Notes: generated from the letters alone by a model not told the origin. 20,000 nucleotides of DNA from an uncultured virus (IMG/VR IMGVR_UViG_3300038424_000133) (IMGVR_UViG_3300038424_000133), one strand, 5' to 3'; counted from the first letter of the stretch, positions 9,044 through 16,272 are shown. Numbers and translations: made by a program.

Positions 9044-9853
9044 TTAATCACCTTTATGTGGCAATTTTGGAGCATTCTTTGCACCAATTCCATGATGTTC
9101 TTTTTCTTCGGATTCATAATCCCGAATCTGGCTAACTTTAGTATGTTGTTCAAAGTCTTTATGAACTTGAATAGCCCATTTCTTCCAAAATTCTTCCAAT
9201 ACTGCTTGTGCTTCTGCTTGCTTTGCTGGGTCGCTTGGGTCTCTTGCCCTAATAACAAGGTCACTAAGCATTGCTTCATAACTATCATAACCTTCTTCTA
9301 TTTGTGGCTTTGCTCCGCCGCCTGTTATTTGCTGTTCATTTAAAGGTGCTGTGCCACCGCCTGTTGGTGCTGGTGGTGTAGTTCCTACTTTCTTTGCTTC
9401 TTCCTCAGTCTTTTTAAACTTTTCCATTTCAGCTTTACCTTTACTTAATGCTTCCTCAAGAACGCCCATAGTGAATTCGAGTTCTCTAAGATTTTGTGGA
9501 CCTTTCTCTGGGTCATTCAATTTTTTCTCAAAGTCTTTGTAACGAGCATCTTCTTTGCTTCCAAATGCGACTTCTGCCTTACCTAACAAAACGCCTGATT
9601 TAGCATCAAATTCTTTCTTAGCAATAATTGCTAAATCACCCTCAAGCTGTTCCTTCTCTGAAAGAATATTGCCTTTTTCTTGCTCTAAGGTTTGTTTTTC
9701 GGCGGCAAGTTTCTCGGCTTCGGCTTTATGACCTCTTGATTCTTCTTCTACCCTTTTCAATTCTTTTTGCATGGCTTCTAACTCTGCACTTCTTGTTATA
9801 TCTATACTAACAGTTGGTGCTTGCTTCTCTTCTTTCTTTGGTTGTTCTGTCAT
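9044..9853 (-). CDS. Probable capsid scaffolding protein
   Basis: Long E/K-rich coiled coil plus Pro/Gly linker; between protease and MCP; GGTGA RBS. Confidence 0.65.
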   Translation of the reverse strand: MTEQPKKEEKQAPTVSIDITRSAELEAMQKELKRVEEESRGHKAEAEKLAAEKQTLEQEKGNILSEKEQLEGDLAIIAKKEFDAKSGVLLGKAEVAFGSKEDARYKDFEKKLNDPEKGPQNLRELEFTMGVLEEALSKGKAEMEKFKKTEEEAKKVGTTPPAPTGGGTAPLNEQQITGGGAKPQIEEGYDSYEAMLSDLVIRARDPSDPAKQAEAQAVLEEFWKKWAIQVHKDFEQHTKVSQIRDYESEEKEHHGIGAKNAPKLPHKGD

Positions 9854-9929
9854 TTAATTTCACCATAAAGTTTAAATAGTAGAACTACTATATAAATGTT
9901 GTGGTTAAAAATTATACGGTGTATCACAT

Positions 9930-10673
9930 ATGCCAAAATTAGAAGAACATGAAAAAGATTCAAAAAATAGATATGGGAACCCATTTACAGAATTACATAA
10001 ATGGATGGATGAACCAGTAAAAATATTAGGTTTCAAACATAGAATGTATAGACATAATCCTAAAACTACACCAATAGAAGCTAAAGGACTATTTGGAAAT
10101 AATGCTGATAATGCCTGTATTGACCATATCATGCTTGATTATAAAGAAACCGAAGATTTATTATTTCAAAGAAATAGAAATAAAACTACAACCAGTTTAA
10201 CCCATTTAGTAGCAATGCGAATACCTAAAGATATAAGAGATGTTGTTAGTGATTATGCAAAAGATAATACTAATGGAAATTTTACAGATGCAATGATGCA
10301 TTTTGTAGAACGTGGAATAATAAGTAAAGTTATATATGATAGACTCCCAAAATTCAAAAATGAGCAAGAAAAATTAATGCTTGCTTTACTTAGCGAAACA
10401 GGAAGATATACAAGAGCACAAAGTAATAAAGGATTAACATTTGAACGTGATAATTATAAATGTAGAAAATGTAATTCTATTGATAATTTATTCATTTATG
10501 AAATAGCTTCTGATAAGGAAATGGGTCTATCATTATTTAATAATGATACAAATAGTTTACTTGGGCATGGAAATGAGATAATATTATGTGGAAACTGTTT
10601 AAAGAGATTCCAATCTTTTATTCCAAAAAGGTATAGATTAGAATTATTTTTAGAATGGTTTTATCTACTTTAA
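9930..10673 (+). CDS. Fusion: His-rich DUF6915-like domain + ribbon-helix-helix + degenerate HNH
   Basis: HEKDS..ELHKWMD..HRMYRH..DHIMLD; LVAMRIPKDIRDVV..NFTDAMM; FERDNYKCRKC..LCGNC. Confidence 0.55.
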   Translation: MPKLEEHEKDSKNRYGNPFTELHKWMDEPVKILGFKHRMYRHNPKTTPIEAKGLFGNNADNACIDHIMLDYKETEDLLFQRNRNKTTTSLTHLVAMRIPKDIRDVVSDYAKDNTNGNFTDAMMHFVERGIISKVIYDRLPKFKNEQEKLMLALLSETGRYTRAQSNKGLTFERDNYKCRKCNSIDNLFIYEIASDKEMGLSLFNNDTNSLLGHGNEIILCGNCLKRFQSFIPKRYRLELFLEWFYLL

Positions 10674-10750
10674 TAAGTAGAAGAAGAACCATCTTTTGGC
10701 TTTTTGCCTACGTTTTTCTTTAGTTTAGCTTTAAATTTCTTCGCTCCCAT
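10670..10750 (-). CDS. Tiny Lys-rich peptide (26 aa)
   Basis: MGAKKFKAKLKKNVGKKPKDGSSSTY; strong GGGGTGA RBS; starts right after the protease stop. Confidence 0.5.
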   Translation of the reverse strand: MGAKKFKAKLKKNVGKKPKDGSSSTY

Positions 10751-11395
10751 CTATTTCACCCCTTGAAAACTACATCCTCTACCAATATTTATTTTTAATC
10801 TTAAAGTTGGTAATGATTCATCATTATAAATCATAGATTCTTGTATTTTAACATCTTCCACTTGTGCAGAATCTTGACCTCTAACTACTGATGGCTCTAT
10901 TAAAGAAACATGCTCTACTACCATGTTTTTTATTTTATTACATAATCCTTTAATTTTATCAACTACAGGATTAAGTTTACTAACAAATCCGCCTATACTA
11001 ACGCCCCAGCCACTTTTAATTCTATCTACTAAATCTGGAAATAATGGAGTATTCGCAACTTCCGCAATAAAAGTTATTTTTTTATTTATTCTATCAATTG
11101 CAGTTTTTATGATTTTACCTATTCTATGGTCATCTGAATCATCATGAAGATTCTTTGTTAAAACTCCTGTATTTGGATTAATATCTTCTTTAACTCCAAA
11201 ATACATTGGAACACCTTCTGCTTGTTTAGCAATATTTTCCATCTCATCAATTTCATAAACATTCTTATTACGGCTTATGCCCTCAACAAGTAATGTACCT
11301 GAAATCAAAGCTACACCATATGCAGATTCCATTACTTTAATTGGACCTATATACTTGAATTCTGAATAAATCATTTCTTCTTCTATTTTGTTCAT
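10751..11395 (-). CDS. Prohead (capsid maturation) protease
   Basis: ISG....GISRNKNVY, H...IG, GVSIGG (putative catalytic Ser), EHVSLIEP; herpes/HK97/T4-like assemblin pattern. Confidence 0.8.
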   Translation of the reverse strand: MNKIEEEMIYSEFKYIGPIKVMESAYGVALISGTLLVEGISRNKNVYEIDEMENIAKQAEGVPMYFGVKEDINPNTGVLTKNLHDDSDDHRIGKIIKTAIDRINKKITFIAEVANTPLFPDLVDRIKSGWGVSIGGFVSKLNPVVDKIKGLCNKIKNMVVEHVSLIEPSVVRGQDSAQVEDVKIQESMIYNDESLPTLRLKINIGRGCSFQGVK

Positions 11396-11778
11396 TACAT
11401 ATCAAATCCCGTTAATTCTGTTTCATCATCCAGTAACCAAGCCCAAGGTTTAACTTTGGGTCTTTCTACAGCAGATTCTTCGGTCTCAGTAACCGATTCT
11501 TCAATAAAGGTTAAATCAAATGTTTTAGGGTCAATTATAATATCGTAAACAAGTAAAGTCTCATTAACTTTATATCCATGAGAAACTACCCATGTTTTAG
11601 CCGCCTTCATATCGTAGCGTTCTCTTGAAAAAAGAATGCTTTGAATCTTTGAAACTTGATTAATATATCCTCTTACAGCTTTAATTCCACTACTCAAAGT
11701 TTCAACTCTAAAACGATTAAATTTTTCATTCTCTGCTACTCTTACTCGTATATAATTTGCTGTAGTTTCTACTGGCAT
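11395..11778 (-). CDS. Hypothetical head-module protein
   Basis: GGAGA RBS; YIRVRV..IQSILFSRERY..AAKTWVVSHG domain of a kind seen near viral prohead proteases. Confidence 0.6.
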   Translation of the reverse strand: MPVETTANYIRVRVAENEKFNRFRVETLSSGIKAVRGYINQVSKIQSILFSRERYDMKAAKTWVVSHGYKVNETLLVYDIIIDPKTFDLTFIEESVTETEESAVERPKVKPWAWLLDDETELTGFDM

Positions 11779-11788
11779 ATTTAATCTC

Positions 11789-12019
11789 CTATTTAATTTT
11801 CATTTCTTTCAAATACCATTCTATTAGGCTTAATTGTTCTTCTGTTTTGGTTTCAAATATTGCTTTTGCAAGTTCTGGGGTAATTATTTTTTTATCAGCC
11901 ATTATAGCAATAATGAATTTGCATTTCTTTTCAATCCTATCAATTCTTTGGTTTATCCAAGTTATGTCAGATTGATATGCATATGCTGGGGTTGATTTAG
12001 ATACTTCCATACTTTTCAC
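11789..12019 (-). CDS. Hypothetical protein
   Basis: GGTGA RBS; in operon. Confidence 0.6.
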   Translation of the reverse strand: MKSMEVSKSTPAYAYQSDITWINQRIDRIEKKCKFIIAIMADKKIITPELAKAIFETKTEEQLSLIEWYLKEMKIK

Positions 12020-12022
12020 CTA

Positions 12023-12844
12023 TTAACTCGAACTTTTACTTGAACTTGATGAACTATCAGACGACTTACTTGAATTTGAACCAGCACTCAATTTGCTTGT
12101 TGCTATTGTACCTTGAGGTTTACTTGACTTAGAACTTGAACTACTTGACGAACTATCGCTTGAACTGGATTTACTTGAATCAGATGAACTTGAACTACTA
12201 CTGCTTGAGCCTTTACCTGTTCCACTTCCTTTCTTGATAACTACTGCTGGAATCTTCTTTAACCCAAGTTTTCTGAATGCTACAACACGGGCATGACCAT
12301 CATGAATTTCATACCTGCCGTCTGGTAACTTATAAACTGTAATTGGCGGAACATCTGTTTTGCCGTCATTATGCATTTTAACAAATTTCTCTGCTCGTAC
12401 ATGTAATTTTTCATGTTTATCATCCTTGAATTTTTCGCTAAAATTAATCAATTGTGGGTCAATCATTATGATTTTAGGTTTCGCTGTTTCTTCTATAGTT
12501 TTTAAACCACATTCTTGCAAATACCAATTAATTAATGGTAAACTATTAACTTTGGTTTCTGATACTTCAACTCCAAATCGTTTTGCCCTTGATTTCAAAC
12601 ACCCTTCAATCCTTGCCCTAACTTTAGGGTTTAATTTCGCACCAAATTGGCTTAACCTTGCAAGTCCATTGCGAACATGAGCCGCATCGTGTGAAGGATA
12701 ACTTTTATGTGGACCACAAAAAGCTGTTGGTGGCAATTTCTGCCTCTCAGAATACTCAAGTTTTGCCTCTTGAATTGTTAGTCCTTCTAATTCAGCAATA
12801 ACTTCATATTCTTCTTTATTAATTAGATTTTCCACTTCGGACAT
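12023..12844 (-). CDS. DUF6582-like + ParB/Srx-like domain protein with Ser-rich tail
   Basis: ERQKLP..AFCGP.KSYPSHDAAHVRNGLAR; PPITV...YEIHDGHARVVAFRKLG; poly-Ser/Lys C-terminus. Confidence 0.7.
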   Translation of the reverse strand: MSEVENLINKEEYEVIAELEGLTIQEAKLEYSERQKLPPTAFCGPHKSYPSHDAAHVRNGLARLSQFGAKLNPKVRARIEGCLKSRAKRFGVEVSETKVNSLPLINWYLQECGLKTIEETAKPKIIMIDPQLINFSEKFKDDKHEKLHVRAEKFVKMHNDGKTDVPPITVYKLPDGRYEIHDGHARVVAFRKLGLKKIPAVVIKKGSGTGKGSSSSSSSSSDSSKSSSSDSSSSSSSSKSSKPQGTIATSKLSAGSNSSKSSDSSSSSSKSSS

Positions 12845-12877
12845 CCACTATCAACTCTAATATGAATTGATTAAGCA

Positions 12878-12893
12878 ACTATTTAAATCTTTT
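12878..12893 (-). promoter_or_regulatory. Putative late promoter AAAAGATTTAAATAGT
   Basis: Second identical copy; heads the head-morphogenesis operon. Confidence 0.7.
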
Positions 12894-12931
12894 GGATTTA
12901 ATTAACTATAATTAACAAAAAAAGTAAGGCT

Positions 12932-13453
12932 TTAAGTAGCCTTTGAAATTCGGAAGTGACTATTTTTACCTTGGCTAACGTATTCGCCGCCCAATCCCCT
13001 TACTGCACTTGCTATCTTTGCAAAGTTTTCTGAACCCAAAAACTGCTTAGGCTTAATAATGAACCACATATTATTCTCTTCGCTATTTATGTTAACCAGA
13101 CTTAGAATTTCATCTGGAAAAGTTGCAAGAATCTTTGCTAACTTAGCATCTGGTGCACTCGAAGTTGGTGTTTGTGCTGGTGGTAGTGGTGTTGCGGCTG
13201 GTACTTCTACTGGAGTAATGGTAGCATTTTTAACAACTACTTGCTTAGTGTTCTTAACTAATTCGTCTCTAATTTGAGCTAAAATTTCAGTTTGGTCTTT
13301 CAATGTTTTGCCAATATACACTTCCACTTCATATATTCTTTCAAGCAATTCAGAAGTCCCCAATTTCTTTTCTGGTTGTGGTTCTGGAGTCCCAACAAAA
13401 GAACGCTTTGGTTCTTCCGCAGTTGCTTGTTTATTTTCTTCTGGTGTTGCCAT
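12932..13453 (-). CDS. Conserved archaeal hypothetical protein
   Basis: C-terminal IKPKQFLGSENFAKIASAVRGLGGEYVSQGKNSHFRI domain after a Pro/Thr linker; TTTAAATA box at about 13488-13495. Confidence 0.7.
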   Translation of the reverse strand: MATPEENKQATAEEPKRSFVGTPEPQPEKKLGTSELLERIYEVEVYIGKTLKDQTEILAQIRDELVKNTKQVVVKNATITPVEVPAATPLPPAQTPTSSAPDAKLAKILATFPDEILSLVNINSEENNMWFIIKPKQFLGSENFAKIASAVRGLGGEYVSQGKNSHFRISKAT

Positions 13454-13499
13454 TTTTAATCACTACCTACTACATTAACAACGACCTATTTAAATATTA

Positions 13500-13617
13500 C
13501 GGTTCACAACATAGGTCAGTTTTACACGTTAAGCTTGGTTCACAAAAAGCCCAAGTTTTAAATTGCTGATTAGGTTCACAAATCGGCAAAGTTTTACATG
13601 CTTGGTTTAGGTTCACA
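13500..13617 (-). repeat. TIGR-like array, distal block (3 units, 4 edge repeats)
   Basis: ggttcaca (+) at 13501, 13537, 13573, 13610 alternating with agtttta(c/a)a; unique 9-nt spacers (one is 10 nt). Confidence 0.85.
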
Positions 13618-13620
13618 AAA

Positions 13621-14547
13621 TTATGAAGGAATCAAATCCTTCATTAGTTCAACAAACATTGCGGCTTGCTCATTTAATTGAGATGTCAAAACTCTTCGAG
13701 TTTTCTCAAAGACATTAGTGCCTGCCAAAACATCGCCTACCACCCAGATTTCATCGGGATTAACTTGCTTACATGCTTCAACGAACTTCTTCCAGTATTC
13801 ATATAACCTTTGGTTTGCTAAGGTTTGATTAACTGGTTTAGTTACGCCGTTAATTGTGTATTGTGGCGGTGCAATAGATTGAACTTCGCCTACATGGAAA
13901 TCTGCTACGCAAGCAACCACGAATTTAGCATCTTTAAGCAACTCTTTAAATGATGGGTCGAGACATACTTTTTCTGTTGGTGCATATTTTCTTCCACCAT
14001 TAATTTTTCCAAGGAAAATTTTATTTTCGTTATAATCAAAAACGAATGATGGATAAAGCCATTCTTGCAATTTAACATGTCCTGTTTCTGTTACTATTAT
14101 GAAATATGCCCCAATATCTGTTTGGAATTGTGCAAAACTACCGAGTGCTTTAGGATACTCAATGAATGTTGTCCAGCATGGCAAATTAAGTATTTTTATC
14201 GTTTCGTTTGCAAGCGTACCTGCCGTAGTGTGACCATGAGCCGCAACCCGTAGAGCTATATTATTTGGCAATTTACCATCATATGCGTCAATTTTGAATT
14301 GTTGAGCGTCACGCATAGATGTAGTATATGGATAAACTGATGCTAAACGCCTTGTATGAGTTACAAATGCAAGTTTATCATTATGCAAATCTTCGAGACT
14401 CCACCATGCTTTATGTATGGCATTAAAACCTAATTCCCTCAATTTATTTGCAATATCATCCATAATCAAAAAATCCAAGCTACTATGAACAGGCGTACCA
14501 TCCCAAAGTTTAATTGTTGGTTTATATTCTTTTTTAACTTTACTCAT
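13621..14547 (-). CDS. Circularly permuted calcineurin-like metallophosphoesterase
   Basis: N-half: GTPVH, VTH, AHGH, LPCW, DIGA (motifs III-V); C-half: ADFHVG, VVGDVLAG (motifs I-II). GGTGGTGA RBS. Confidence 0.75.
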   Translation of the reverse strand: MSKVKKEYKPTIKLWDGTPVHSSLDFLIMDDIANKLRELGFNAIHKAWWSLEDLHNDKLAFVTHTRRLASVYPYTTSMRDAQQFKIDAYDGKLPNNIALRVAAHGHTTAGTLANETIKILNLPCWTTFIEYPKALGSFAQFQTDIGAYFIIVTETGHVKLQEWLYPSFVFDYNENKIFLGKINGGRKYAPTEKVCLDPSFKELLKDAKFVVACVADFHVGEVQSIAPPQYTINGVTKPVNQTLANQRLYEYWKKFVEACKQVNPDEIWVVGDVLAGTNVFEKTRRVLTSQLNEQAAMFVELMKDLIPS

Positions 14548-14596
14548 TTGGTTAATTCACCACCTTTACAATGTCACCACAATTATATATACCTTT

Positions 14597-14857
14597 CGGT
14601 TCACAACGCTGGGCAGATTTACAAGTCATCCAAGGTTCACATTTTTGTAAAGTTTTACAAACATTTACTGGTTCACATGAAAACATAGAGTCACAATCGA
14701 GCCAAGGTTCACAATCTCTGTTAGTTTTATAGGTATTCATAGGTTCACAATATTCGTAAGTTTTACAACACGATTCTGGTTCACACGGTAGGGGAGTTTT
14801 ACATAACTGTATAGGTTCACAAATCTGCCCAGATTTACAAAAGGTTTTAGGTTCACA
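14597..14857 (-). repeat. TIGR-like array, main block (7 units of 36 nt, 8 edge repeats)
   Basis: ggttcaca (+) at exactly 14598, 14634, 14670, 14706, 14742, 14778, 14814, 14850; unit on minus strand = TGTGAACCW-N9-TGTAAAACT(variants)-N9. Confidence 0.9.
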
Positions 14858-14865
14858 ATACATTA

Positions 14866-15900
14866 TTATTCACACAGGTCTTCTGGATGTAACCATTCTG
14901 TATCTGACAATTCACGCTCTGCATCTGATAGTTTAATTTGGCTGTTCGGGTCAGGATTATGTTGCGGTCTTGATATTGGCAAATTATAGATTTCTTGGTA
15001 TTTCTCCCAGAGTATAGATAGAAAAGTCTTTATAAATCGTCTTCGACTTAAATCAAGGCTGTTTGGTATATATTGTTTCGGAAAATTCTTCTTAACTTCT
15101 ATTCTTGTTGGATAACCATAATGTTTAATTAAATATTTCTCATAGTTAGCCAATGTTTCTTCGTGGTAACGCTTAAACAGGTCATAGCATTTACCTTTTT
15201 GCCTAATTACGGCATCAAAAAGAACATACATTGTCTTTTTATATTCGGCGTTTCCCATACAAGATTCCTTATTATAATTTGCTCGGCAAAATGCTCTATG
15301 GCTTGTTTCATCCACTCCATAACCGCACAGTTTAATCAATGAACTTCGTGATTTAGGGCGATAAAGTTTAAATGTCTTTTTCTGTGGGGCATCAAGAACT
15401 TCTCCTGTTCGCTCTTTCTTTTTAACATAAGCAGTCATTTCCATTTCAGCCCAATAAGGTTCGAAATAAGCTATCATTTTAGCGGCGGTAAGTATGCCTA
15501 TGCCTTTAACTCTACCAAGCCACTCTACATACAGCTTATTATTTTCGACTATTAGCTTCATCTGCTTAACAAGGTCGTCTTCCCAATACTGCAAGCCATG
15601 AAACTTCTTTTTTGGTCGCCCAATATCTTCGTATCCTTCTGGCATCTCAACATTATCCATTCCTTCAACCATAGAGTCCTCAATCAGCCAACCAAGCCTG
15701 CCTTCCTGTGTTGCTCCCTGTACCAAACTACGCACACGATTCTCAAACGCCTGCCTTGCTTTCTGCATATCCTGATGCTTACGAACAAGTTCACGTAAAT
15801 GCGTCAATTGCTCAACAGTTGACCCACTTAGCAAAGGTTCACAAACAATCATAGTTTTACATTCGCCGTTAGGTTCACATTCTAATTTTACTTCATTCAT
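14866..15900 (-). CDS. Nop-domain TIGR-associated protein, TasA-like (no RuvC/HNH)
   Basis: IS110/Nop-type coiled coil LRELVRKHQDMQKARQAFENR, WLGRVKGIGILTAAKMIA, SSLIKLCG, RRRFIKTFLSILWE; no DEDD RuvC N-terminus; flanked by 36-nt dual-repeat arrays. Start placed at ATG 15900, downstream of the TATA box. Confidence 0.8.
   Translation of the reverse strand: MNEVKLECEPNGECKTMIVCEPLLSGSTVEQLTHLRELVRKHQDMQKARQAFENRVRSLVQGATQEGRLGWLIEDSMVEGMDNVEMPEGYEDIGRPKKKFHGLQYWEDDLVKQMKLIVENNKLYVEWLGRVKGIGILTAAKMIAYFEPYWAEMEMTAYVKKKERTGEVLDAPQKKTFKLYRPKSRSSLIKLCGYGVDETSHRAFCRANYNKESCMGNAEYKKTMYVLFDAVIRQKGKCYDLFKRYHEETLANYEKYLIKHYGYPTRIEVKKNFPKQYIPNSLDLSRRRFIKTFLSILWEKYQEIYNLPISRPQHNPDPNSQIKLSDAERELSDTEWLHPEDLCE
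15835..15879 (-). repeat. Single TIGR-like unit embedded in the 5' end of the tas ORF
   Basis: TGTGAACCT-AACGGCGAA-TGTAAAACT-ATGATTGTT-TGTGAACCT, read in frame as CEPNGECKTMIVCEP. Confidence 0.8.
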
Positions 15901-15932
15901 TCTAATCACTACTAAGCTATATAGCATACCCA

Positions 15933-15947
15933 CTTATAAACTTATCC
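15933..15947 (-). promoter_or_regulatory. Promoter of the tas/TIGR operon
   Basis: GGATAAG-TTTATAAG (BRE-TATA-like) 33-47 nt upstream of ATG 15900. Confidence 0.55.
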
Positions 15948-15960
15948 TTTAAGTAATTAC

Positions 15961-16149
15961 TTAATTCAATTGCTTAACTTCGCCGTTGCAGTAGTAACAG
16001 GAAGTCATAGGATTAAGACCACCGCCTTTATGTCCCCTGTGATGTCTATAGCTATGTTTTACACTATGCCGTTTATAAATATACCGAATAAACTCTCTTC
16101 CACATCTACCGCATTTGACCCTAATTTCGCTAACCAATTCATATATCAC
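15961..16149 (-). CDS. Small zinc-ribbon protein with basic His-rich loop
   Basis: CGRCG...RHSVKHSYRHHRGH...CYYC; exact start uncertain. Confidence 0.55.
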   Translation of the reverse strand: MIYELVSEIRVKCGRCGREFIRYIYKRHSVKHSYRHHRGHKGGGLNPMTSCYYCNGEVKQLN

Positions 16150-16252
16150 ACCTACCCATAGAACTGCCCACCAGTTAAGCAGACATCGTTCTCTTATGGT
16201 TTACTGAGCATGGGTCATTATGCGTAGCACCTACTATAACATTATAGTCTCC

Positions 16253-16272
16253 ACTATATAAGTTTTATGGTT
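16253..16272 (-). promoter_or_regulatory. Archaeal promoter identical to 940-959
   Basis: Exact 20-nt duplicate in the divergent intergenic region. Confidence 0.6.

Noticed and set aside
12026..12230. Periodic gaact/cttga pattern as a non-coding repeat array
   Set aside because: Explained by TCA/AGT codons of the poly-Ser tail; no fixed period.
14597..14857. CRISPR array
   Set aside because: Repeats are two alternating 9-mers with 9-nt spacers, far below CRISPR repeat/spacer sizes; no cas genes in the window.
14866..15933. IS110-family transposase / insertion sequence
   Set aside because: Shares the KGIG helix-hairpin/Nop region but lacks the N-terminal DEDD RuvC domain; arrays fit a Tas protein. 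The track's start at 15933 overlaps the TATA box, so 15900 is preferred.
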